DNA of 64,000 nucleotides from Reclinomonas americana ATCC 50394 (Eukaryota): NCBI GenBank assembly GCA_048213135.1, contig PS015022.1, positions 232,915 to 296,914 of the forward strand, read 5' to 3'. Shown piece by piece: positions 53,901 to 64,000 of this stretch (position 1 is its first letter; each line of letters starts with the position of its first letter). The notes under the pieces were generated by a model. It saw only the letters and a program-made list of their open reading frames with translations, ran no database searches and was not told where the DNA came from. The position numbers and the translations under genes were made by a program.

Positions 53901-55148
53901 GTGGAACAACACATACCTCTTCCGCGAGGCGCACGATTTCCGGATGCAGGTACTTGGTGAGAGTGACATCGGGCACCGCCTGCGCCTCCTCGCACTGCTG
54001 GAGCGCCAGCTTCAACTCGACCATGCTGCTTTTCAGGTTCGACAAGCCTGCAACATGAGGCGTGAGTACAACGACGAATGGCACCAGCACACACACAGAA
54101 GGAGGAACGCACCCAGCAGAGTCTCCTGTCCACCCGACACCGCCGTTCGCTGGTTCGAGATGGACGTGAAGAACGGCTCGAAACCATCCTCAATGTACGT
54201 GAACAGCGTGTTGAACGGCGAGCCCTCTCCCACACCCGTAAACACCTGCGACGAAATGCGCAAGTGAGTTGTCCACCGCAAGCATATTTCCCTCTCTCTC
54301 TCTCTCTCTCCTGCATCGCTCACCAGCAACTGATCATTGAACTGCTCTGGATTGGCCAACGAGAACCCTTCGCCACTGCGCTTGACAATGACCAGCGACG
54401 GCACTGTGTCGCCATAGTAGCGGAACTCGGTCGACACCGTGTACACGTGTTCCACGGGCGCTGCGGCCGCCGATGAGCCACTCGCATCGTCGCCACCTGC
54501 AGCAGCAGCAGCAGCAGCGGCGGCGGCAGTGACGGCGGGAGTAGTGGCAGCCGAGGCCTCGCCGTCCAAGCTCAGACGGCCGCGTTGTATAGACAACACG
54601 CGACGTTGTGCTTGAGTTCCGAAGCTGATGCGAGGAAGGCAAAGGAGATGAGATTGAGAGAGTGTGAGTGTGAGGATGGAGAGAGAGAGAGAGAGAGCGT
54701 GTGTGTGAGGATGGAGAGGAGAAGGAGAGGGAGAGTGACAGAGTGGACATGTCACGTGAGCGCGCGAAGACAACACTTTGATGATGTGAGATTGTGTCTC
54801 TCTGCGTGTGCCAGCACAAGCTCCATGTGCCTCACAGCAGCATGCATCCACACACACGTGCACACAGGCGCAAATGTGAGTTGTGTGCGTGTGTATTCCT
54901 CACGCAACTTGAGCAGCGCCTCCTGTGCTTGCGCCTCCGCCAAGCACTCGCGCATACGCTCCACTGGTGCATCAAACACCAACACACCCAAGTTCTCCAC
55001 ATACGCCTGTGCACACAGACGAGAGAGAGAGAGTGAGAAAGAGAGAGTGTGTGCACGTGTGTGTGTGAGAGAGAGAGACCTGCAGTGGCCCAATGTCCAC
55101 AGCCGCAGCTGCAGCAGCGTGCGTTCCACTGCCACTCGGCTCAGACAT
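35917..55148 (-). CDS. DYNC1H1: Cytoplasmic dynein-1 heavy chain, many short introns
   Basis: Four P-loops [85 protein letters not shown]. Dynein-1 tail motif [18 protein letters not shown]. Full C-terminus ending [14 protein letters not shown]. Confidence 0.97.
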
Positions 55149-55219
55149 GCGCGCGCGAGAGAAAAAGTACTCAGTCAATCGACCGACTTTCACGACAACT
55201 CTCTCTCTCTTTCTCAATC
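55149..55219. promoter_or_regulatory. Putative bidirectional promoter between dynein and WDR59
   Basis: Only 71 bp between divergent start codons. Confidence 0.55.
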
Positions 55220-58200
55220 ATGAGTGCGCCCGTGTCTGTGACCGCCACTGGCAGTGGTAACAGTGGTGGTGGCAGTGCTCCCTCGCCTGCTGCCTTGAGT
55301 GGAGCGACGAGTGCCGGAGGACTCACACAGCGTGTGGATGTGTCGTTGCCGCAGCTCAACATCAACTCGGTGGCCATTGATGCCACTGCGAGTGTTGTGG
55401 TGTTGGGCGGGTGAGTGTGAGAGGAGAGAGGGAGTGAGAGGGGAGAGAGAAAGTGCGTGAAAGTGTGTGCAAAAGTGTTTGAAAGTGTGTGTTAAGAGTG
55501 TGAAAGTGTGTGAAAGAGTGTGAAAGTGTGTGAAAGTGTGTGCAAAGAGTGTGCAAAGTGTGTGCAAGTGTGTGCAAGAGTGTGAAAGTGTGTGCAAAGA
55601 GTGTGCAAAGAATGTGCAAAGAGTGTGCAAAGTGTGTGCAAAGTGTGTGAAAGTGTGTGTTAAGAGTGTGAAAGTGTGTGCAAGTGTGTGCAAGAGTGTG
55701 CGAAAGTGTGTGCAAAGTGCGTGAAAGTGTATGCAAGAGTGTGCAAGAGTGTGCGACAGTGTGCAAGTGTGTGTGAGAGAGCGCACGCAAAGAGTGTGCA
55801 AGTGTTTGCCGCAGATAAGGTGTGATTAGGTGAGGTTATCCGTCGACTTATCCTCTCTTTTGGTTGCAGTAAGCACGGTTTGCATGTGTTTGACTTGGAG
55901 GCTCCGTGGCAGCCGGCGGTGTCGACCTTCAAGAGTCACTCGCGGTATGAGGTGTCGTCGGTGGAGTGCAGTCCGCATGTGTTTGGTGGGCAGTCGATGG
56001 TGGCTGCTGCAGTTGCGTCTCTCTGTGTGTGTGCGTGTAAGGGAGAGGCGCAGTGTGACTCTCTGCCTTGCTGCAGATCAATCAAGTGGTGTGCATTTGG
56101 GATTTGAATGGCGGGCAAGATCCGCTCTTTGTCACGGATGTTGCGTGTCTTGTGCGCATGCGTGGTGTTTTTGTGTGCTGAGTGTGTGTTTGTATCAGGG
56201 CAAGTATGGTCACAAGCGGAGCATCAGCGATGTCTCGTGGGCGCCGCTCGACGAGAATCTCTTTGCGACGTGCAGTGCCGACACCTCCATCTTTCTGTGG
56301 GATATTCGCAACAAGTGCTCCAAGCCGACCAGTCAATTCCGCGGATGGACGTGTTGCGTCGCTGTCACTCTTTTCTCTCGCACACCCCCTCTTTCACTCT
56401 TTCACTGAGAGTGCACGCCGATTGCGCAGCTGCTGCCACTCGCGTGGTGTGGAATCGGCGCGACTCGAATCTTTTGGCGTCGGCGCACGAGCAGGAGGTC
56501 CGCTTGTGGGATTTGCGAGTTTCGTCGGATGCCGCCTCTCCCCCGTGTCGCGCATGTGGCACGCGCTATGTCCCTGATATGATGCATGCTTGCAGAAACC
56601 CACGGGGCATCTCGATTTCATCACGGCACACATGAGCAAGATCTTTGACATTGATTTCTCGCCGCACTCCTCACGAGAACTCGTCACGTGCTCCATGGAT
56701 CACACCATCAAGGTGAGCAGAGGAGAGAGAGACGAGACGTGCTATGCGACACTTTGCACGCTCACATGTGCGCCGACACGCAGCTGTGGCACACGGACAA
56801 CACGTCGCGACCCATCACGAGTGTGTCGCTCGGCTACCCGGTGCTGCGCACGCGGTACACGCCGTTCGGCAACTCGCTGGTGTCGTGCTTCCAGCGACAG
56901 GACAACCATTTGCAGCTGTGGGCCATTCGTGAAACCGATGCTTCCTCAGAGGCTGGCGACGGCGGTCTCGGTTCGGCGTCAGATACCTCCAGCCTATCGG
57001 TTTGCCCTCTCTCCTTCCCTTTTCTCCCCCTGTCTCCTTTCTCATGCATTGCATTTCCTTGCTGTGTGCTTGTAGCGTGGATCCACGGGCGCGGCCGACT
57101 CTCGCGGCTTTTACCTGTCACCGCAGCGCGGCAACTCCTTCCGTTACCAGCAACGCAAGGTGATTCATGTCCCTCTCGAGTTTTCCTCTCCCATGTAATT
57201 GACATTGTGTGCTCCTGTCTTGTCAACAAGCCGTCACCTGTGGGTTCGTACGCCTGCATGTGTGTATTAATCCGTGTCGAGTTCATGCACTGACGTCGTC
57301 GTGATGCGTGCAGGAAGCGGCAATTTTTCGGGTGCACTCTCGGCGGCCGGACTCTCCGGCAGCGGAGGACCCGGCAGCTCGTCCTCCATCTCGCGCACTG
57401 GGAGTGCCGATTCGTTTGCCGACGCACTCAGTGGCACGGGAGCACAGCTGCAGCTGTTGCACCTGCTTGCCGGCCACGAGGATGTCGTCAAGGACTTTGC
57501 CTTTCGCTATCCACGAGGTCGGCGTTCATGTCGCCGCCTTTTCACCTTCACCTCCACTGCTGACTCACTTGCCTCGAATTTCCCCTTCAGATGCCTCGGA
57601 CAGCACGCCGTGTCAGGTGGTCTCGTGGGGGCGTGATCAAATGTTGCGCATCTGGACATTGTCGCCGAAACTCGTGGAGGTACGGCAGAGGCACCGTTGT
57701 TATTCTTGTTGTTGTTGAGCATGAGCGGCGCCACTCACTCTTGCGCAGATGTGCGTGACGGGCGAGTCGCATTCATCTCGGGGCTCGACACCATACGAGT
57801 CGCCGCAGAGCACACCGTCGCCGCGGTCATCACCGAAAGCCCACTTGGAGGGCATGTCAGGCGGCACACATCAGCGCTCGTCCTCGCTCGACACGTCACA
57901 GTTGCCGGATGTCGACGGCCCGAGCATACTGTCGCCGGCGAATCTCTCCTACAGCGACGCGTCGTCTCCGGTGGATGTCGATGTCATGGGTCGCATGGGC
58001 GTCGAGGGCCACGGGCGCCTCAACTTGGCGCAGGAATGCTACTTGCTGACGCTGCGACACACGCAAGTCGAAATCGAAGAGGTTTGCCCTTTCTTTGAAT
58101 GGGGGAAGATTTCTTGTTTTTCACACGAGTGGTGATGCAGTTGTCGAGCGCCGAACAGGACTGCGTACTGCGTGTGGAGACGCCGCTGCACTGCGTGCGG

Positions 58201-60175
58201 ATGCGTGTCATCATTCCGCAATTTTATCCACATTCAGCACCGTCGTTTGAGATCCTGCAGAATTCCACAATTTCACTGTCGATGAAGAAGCAGCTGATGG
58301 AGGTGCGCTGTCTTGCTCCTCCTGCTGTCGTGCTGGTCACTTCTAGTCACTCATTTGCTGCGCAGAAACTGACCGATGCGGCGCGCGAATGCACCACACA
58401 ACACAAACCGTCGCTCGACATTTGCATCACGGAAATGATCAACGAGATGGAACGGCTTGACACTGTGCAGGTGAGAATGTCAGCGACGAAGAGGGGGTGG
58501 AGGGATTGCTGATGTGTGTGCAGGACGATCGGCTTGGACTGGCGCCAAGTATGCAGCCGGGTGCCATTCCGTGCCCAGCTCCGCACAGCGCCGTGTTTTC
58601 GCCAACGGGTGCGTGAAAGAGTGACGACATCCCAAGCACCATGTTCGTGCCTTTCTTATCTTCCGTCTTGTCTGCAGGTGACTTGGTGTACTTTTCAAAT
58701 GTGGTGGGTGCGGGAGTCAGTCTGTCCATGTGCCGCACTGTCGAGGACATGCAGCAGGCCAAGACGCGACCAGTCACCGTCAAGGAGACCGTGGTGGAGG
58801 CACTGGACGGTGGCGAGGCATTCGGGTCCTCGCTGTTCTTCCAGGTTCGTGCACGCGCTGTCCCTCCCTCACGAACGTCGCTGCTGCTGACATGGTCTCC
58901 ACAGCCTGCGCGACACACGCGCAAGCCAGCGGCAGTTGGTGTGGTGGGCGCCACACCCTCGGCAGAGCCTGTGCAAAACCAAGACATTCACAGCCGCATC
59001 GTGGTGGTGGACACCACTCTCTTCCTGCCCATTTCACGCAATGCGGCGCGCGCGTTTAGGTTTGTCGATGTGTGCGCGCGCAACAGGATACTCGTGTGCT
59101 GACGTGCGTCCACAGCTTGAATGGCTCCAATATCCATGCCATTTGTCGCGACAATGCCCGTGCCGCGGTGGGCATTGGGCGCAACGACATTGCGAAGGCG
59201 TTTATGGTGGCACACAAGTGCATTCTCAATGTGCAAAAGGTGCGCTCGTGCGTGGTGGCGGATGACCCCTCACACGCAACCTCACTCGCTTGTTTGCTGA
59301 CTGCAGAGTGGAAGTGAGACCTTCCTGAAAGAGTTCGGCCGTCCAGTGGCCAACTCCATGTGCGTCGGCATGCCTCATGAACGCACTGTGTATTTTGTTG
59401 CTGACGTGTTCTGCGTTGCCCCACAGCCTCGAGCATTTCGCTGCTTCGTTTGACGTGCAGATTGTGGCGGTGATGAGTTGCATCTTTGCCATGTGCCGTG
59501 TTCGCGGGTTGCGATTATTTTTCGTTCTCCCCCTCGTCGACTCCACGTTCGTGCCTCCTCACACTGGCGGTGCAGAAGCAAGCTGTCGCTGTTGGATCCG
59601 GTGAAGAAGAGGTGGTACGATTTCTATCGCACCTCATATGCGGAGATCCTCGACCGGTGGGGACTGTTGCAGAAGCGCGCCGAGATTCTCAAATTCTTGG
59701 ACTCGGACTCGGGCATGCACACTGTTGGTGCGTGTGCTGAGTGTGTATATGAGTTGTCTTCTTCATTGCTGGTTCTCATCTGCACGCAGGTGTCGAGGCA
59801 CGCAGTGCTGGTAGCAGCAGCAGCAGTGCTGTTGGTGGTGCAATCAGTGTGTCGGCCACACCACTCTTCAGTTGTACAATGTGCCACTTGCCGGTGAAAG
59901 GTGTGCTCTGCAAAAATCCCGTTCCTGCGCTCCCTTTATCTGCGCACTCAGTCTTTGCCCTCGTTGTTCCAGGCCTCTGCATTGCATGCGTGCAGTGTGG
60001 GCACGGTGGTCATGTGGCGCACGTCAGGGAGTGGTTCTCGCGGCACGCGCAATGTCCCACGGGTTGCGGCTGCAAGTGCTCCTTCACCTCGGCAGCGGAG
60101 GATGGGGTGGGGGCGCCGGCCAGTCTCGATCAACGGCACGACACAAGGCGGCGATTCCCCGAGAGGAGATTCTAA
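55220..60175 (+). CDS. WDR59: WDR59/SEA3/Mtc5-like GATOR2-SEA complex subunit (WD40, RWD, C-terminal zinc-ribbon/RING)
   Basis: GHKRSISDVSW, FATCSADTSIFLWDIR, VVWNRRDSNLLASAH, ITAHMSKIFDIDF, RYTPFGNSL, RWD-like IPQFYPHSAPSF, SAVFSPTGDLVYF, DVQIVAVMSCIF, YAEILDRWGLLQKRAEILKF, CTMCHLPVKGLCIACVQCGHGGH..W....CPTGCGCKC. Confidence 0.93.
55448..55805 (+). repeat. Degenerate 8-10-bp tandem repeat (AAGTGTGTG / AAGAGTGTGC) filling WDR59 intron 1
   Basis: About 40 interleaved variants of GTGTGAAA, GTGTGCAA and GAGTGTGC between donor GTGAGT at 55411 and the acceptor near 55869. Confidence 0.85.
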
Positions 60176-60238
60176 AATACACACACACACTCAACCCCAC
60201 GTTGGCAAACTGAGCAAAACAGATTGAGGTCACCACAT

Positions 60239-61663
60239 TCACTTCTTGACCTTCTTCTTCAGAGGCAGAAGCTTCTTCTTGCCTGCCGCAGCCACAACCT
60301 TGTTCTTGCCAGCCACAGCAACCGCCTTCTTCTTCTCAACACCCGCAGCCACGGCCTTCTTCTTCTCACCACCCGCAGCCACAGCCTTCTTCTTCTCAAC
60401 ACCAGCAGCCACAGCCTTCTTCTTCTCGCCACCCTCAGCCGCAGCCTTCTTCTTGCCGCCCGCGGCGCTTGCTGCCGGCGACTTCACCATCTTCTTCACC
60501 TTCAGTTCGCCACCACCCACAGTCGCCTTGTTCGTCATGACCGACACTAATGAGGGCGCCGCCTTGCCCTTCCTTCCCAATGGTGCGACCTTCTTGACCG
60601 CCTCCACCACCTTGTCCTCTTCATCGGCCGAATCCGAGTCTGTGTCCATGGCCGCAGCATCGGGTGCGCTGTCGACCTCCATGCTGCGCGTGCGCGGCTG
60701 CTTCAATCCCGGCTGCGCCGGCGGCAACCGGCCAAACACCGGCAGCGCAGCGGAGCGATCCAGCTTGACGTACACGGCCTTGATGTTGGTGGCTCCGTGC
60801 GGAATGTACTGCAGAACCGCATCCATCGCCTTCATGACGTTCTCCGTGTTCTCCGCCACGCTCAGCGCATCGCTGCCGACGCGGAACGTCCTGCACATCG
60901 ACAGGATATCAGCTGATGAAATCGACATGTGCCACAGAAGAGACGAAACTGACTCGGTCCGGCTGTCAGCACAAACTGTGTGGCCTGGCGAGCACGCTCC
61001 ACCTGGCGCTTGAAGCTGGCCGCGCCGTGGATGTTGACCGGCACCGGCTGCTTCTTGTTGACAAAGAAGAACTTGCCCAGCAAACGCGGCAACTGTGGCA
61101 CAACTCGTCGATCGGCCATAAACAGGTCGTACCGCGAGCACAGCTCACGTCGCGACTCGTACGTGTTGTAGCGGCGACGCAGCTTGTTCACGCCAATCAC
61201 CTTGGTCACCGGCACATTCTCCTTCTGCAGCCTGTTCTTGATGTCCCGCGACGGATCTGGCACAATCAGGCACACTTCGCAGTCGTCGGGATCGGCGTGC
61301 AGCGCGTGCGGCACGGTGCTGTGAAAAAGGGGGGCGCAGGGGGCGTTGGTGATGTGCATGTGCGCATTCACATCACCAGCCCCTGCACACACACACACAA
61401 AAGACGCAACATGACGTGCGGCTTGGGCGATGGTCGCACGGGGATCTTGTTGAGTGCCAACACCAAGTGCAGTGCGTCGTGCTCCTCAAAGAGGTCGCCA
61501 GAGCTGGCGCCCTCCTTCTTCTCGCGGTGCTCCTTGGAGTGGCGCAGGAGCGCTGTGATGGCCAGTGAGACCTGCATTGGTGAAGAGAGTGAGTGAGTGA
61601 GTGTATGCATGTGGCGGTGGCGGTGTGCGGCGGGCAGCACAGAACTTGCTTGGGATCGAGCAT
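60239..61663 (-). CDS. RSL1D1: Ribosomal L1 domain-containing protein (RSL1D1/Utp30/Cic1-like)
   Basis: QVSLAITALL, VCLIVPDP, KVIGVNKLRRRYNTYESRRELCSRYDLFMADRRV..LPRLLGKFF..KKQPVPV, NIKAVYVK..SAALPVF, Lys/Ala-rich tail. Confidence 0.9.
60318..60455 (-). repeat. Coding 30-bp tandem repeat encoding (AAG[G/V]EKKKAV)n
   Basis: Four to five near-identical 10-aa units in the RSL1D1 tail. Confidence 0.85.
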
Positions 61664-61738
61664 CGCGTTGGTGTGTGTGCGGAAGTGCGAGTGGACAATC
61701 AATGCGTGTGACTCACTGCGACAACAAACACTTGCAAC

Positions 61739-64000
61739 ATGGTGCGTCGTCACGGTGCTTCTTCTCCTTGTTCTTCTTCTTGTTCTCCTTCTCCTTCTCC
61801 TCCTCCTCCTCCTCCTTCTTCTTCTTCTTCTTCTTCTTCTTCTTCTTCTTCTTGTTCTTGTTCTCCTCCTCTTCCTCCGCCCTCCCCCCCCCCCCTCCTT
61901 CTCATCCCCCTTCTCATCTTACCCGCAGTTCACTGTACGCGTGAGCGCGGCGCATGACTCGCTGCTGTCGGTGGAGGTGGAGGGTATGGCAACCACCTCC
62001 ACTCTCGCAAACTTGCTGGGCGAGGCTGTGCGCTTGCTGCGTGCGAAGAGTGGAGACGGGGCACTGGAGATTGTGGGGGTGGAGAAGCCGATGGAATTCG
62101 ACCTGGAGGATGCACCGGTGACGAAGCTGAAAACGCTGGGCATCAAGGCCTCCACGCATCTTGTGGTCCGTGTGAATCTTGGCGCCGCGCTGTCGTCGAG
62201 TGGAGGAAGTGGGAGGTCTGTGCGTGTGCACTTTCTTCGTGTCGCAATGCGCGCACGCCACTCACTCCTCTGCGTCAACAACAGCACCTCGGAGCGCGAA
62301 ACGCGGTGTGTGCATGTGTCCCGTGAGGTGTCGCCACACACACTCTTCTTGACACTGACTGAGCGCGCAGCATGATCAACTCGCAGCGCATCGACATGGC
62401 TTTTGAGGTCGTCGAGGACGCGATTCGTCTGCGCTGTCAGCGCGAATTGGCGCAGTTCAGTCGCGATCATCCCAACTTTGATGTGCGGGCGTGGGTTCCG
62501 ACGCACGAGCCGCCTGGCATGGACAAGCAGACTCTCAAGCTGTGGCGATCGCGACACAGCCCATTGCACCACGAGTGCAACCTGTACGTCAAGCTGTACA
62601 AGGAGGTGTATGCGCCGATGCTGGAGTGGAAGGCACAGTTCGACGCCGACCCCGCCTCCGATCCGCAGTGCGACGCCTTCGACATGACCGCAATGTGGAC
62701 CATACTGACCAACGGAGGATACGTGGAGGAGACGCCGAGTTCTACTGTGTGCGCCTCGTTTCGGCTGCTGAGTGCGGGCCGGGAACGACATGCAATTAAC
62801 TGTGCACACGATGTTCGCAACAAGTTGATGCACGGACACCAGTGGCAATCGGCGGAAGTGCAGGCGGATCTGGCAGACGATGGTGTGTTCCTCCACATCA
62901 TCTCTCGGCTTTCGTTGACGGCCGATGAGCGTGCAGTCTTTGTCAATCGCATTCGTGAAGCGCGGTTTGTGCAGCTGAATATCAGCACGTACGAAGAGCG
63001 ACTGCATCGATTGGCGTTGCGCGAAATCGAGTTTTATCGATGCGATGAAACATTTCAGAAGAGTATGCAGACCTACGTTCCGCTGCAATGCTCACATGAG
63101 CGTGACGTCTCCGCGAGAGACAAGATGACGGATCTGGTGAAGGAGGTGGATGCTTTCCTCTCCGCCTCCGACACCACCCACCGCGTGCTGGTGCTGTTTG
63201 GCAATAGTGGCGCCGGCAAGACCACCACCATGTCGGTGCTAGCCGAACGAGCATGGCGGCAGCGGCAGGCGGGAGAGAGTCGACGAGTGCCGGTGCGTGT
63301 GCCTCTCGGCGCGCTGCGCAATGCCGACGAGCGATTGTTGGAGGAGGCACTGGAGCGGCTGACGCCCGAATTTGGTTTCGACGAAGACATTCGACGACTG
63401 AAGGATGAACCGTTGCTGTTGCTGTTTGACGGGTACGATGAGTTGTATCGTGGTGTCAATCTGTTTGTCAAGAACCAGTTGGATGCATCCGTATGTCGCG
63501 ACTTGAAGGTGATTATCACCTGTCGAGGCGACTATGCGTTGACGGCACTGGGTGGTATCGCCAATTATCCACGGTTCTTTGCACCAATGGACAGTCACAA
63601 TCAGATGCGCGTGGATCAATTGGTAGAACGGCATATTGCGTCGTTCAACGAGGCGCAGATTGAAGAGTATTTTGACCGATTGGTGAACGTCGACATTGAC
63701 AGCGGTGGAGCCGCGGATGGCGGCGCTGGCGACATGTCGCAGTGGGCCACAGCCGCAGAGTACGTGACCGCGCTGCATGAAGTGCGAGGTCTGAAAGAGC
63801 TGGTGTCGAATCCGTTCATGCTCTCTGTGGTGGCTCGTGTGCTGCCGGCGCTGGTGGCGAGTGGCGTGCATCGCCCGACCCGGTGTGACGTATTTGACCG
63901 CTTCATTCGACAGTGGATCAAGAGAGAACAGGAGAGGCAGACCGGCCTCAATGCCTCGCGGGTACCGAGTGAGGAGAAGTGTCTCGCGTTCTGTGAGGGA
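61739..64000 (+). CDS. NLR-like STAND protein: ubiquitin-like domain, HEPN-like domain and NACHT NTPase (3' truncated by the window)
   Basis: Exons 61739-61741 (ATG only), 61929-62215 and 62371->64000, with no in-frame stop. Walker A GNSGAGKT (63200-63223), Walker B LLLLFDGYDE, sensor KVIITCR, NPFML. Upstream FDMTAMWTIL...DVRNKLMH. UBL-like FTVRV...KLKTLGIKASTHLVVRV. Confidence 0.85.

Noticed and set aside
55448-55805. Telomere-like or CRISPR-like array
   Set aside because: Units are degenerate 8-10-mers without unique spacers, lie inside an intron and match no telomere repeat I recognise. There are no cas genes and the locus is eukaryotic.

Overview
Gene-dense, intron-rich nuclear DNA of a GC-rich unicellular eukaryote. 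A mitochondrial gamma-carbonic-anhydrase subunit argues against an animal or fungal source, but the taxon cannot be named from the sequence. Splicing GT-AG introns by hand gives 14 protein-coding genes plus a probable 15th running off the left edge. In order they are: GCFC2/PAXBP1-like, gamma-CA-like, PAP2-family, NDR kinase, ankyrin-PH, RING/B-box/coiled-coil/WD40, degenerate STAND-TPR, homeobox, NTH1, EF-hand protein, cytoplasmic dynein-1 heavy chain, WDR59, RSL1D1, and a truncated UBL-HEPN-NACHT protein missed by the ORF track. Three observations stand out. (1) The dynein-1 tail carries an in-frame insertion of about 100 aa resembling the C-terminal domain of VWA5A/PARP4 (the vault MVP-interacting fold). 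(2) At least 36 introns use a GTTGCG donor, and 33 of them lack G at -1, whereas ordinary GTGCG donors mostly have it, suggesting a common +1-shifted class of 5' splice site. (3) An NLR-like gene couples a ubiquitin-like domain and an RNxxxH HEPN-like domain to a NACHT NTPase. All homology calls come from motif recognition, not database searches, and exon boundaries are manual predictions.
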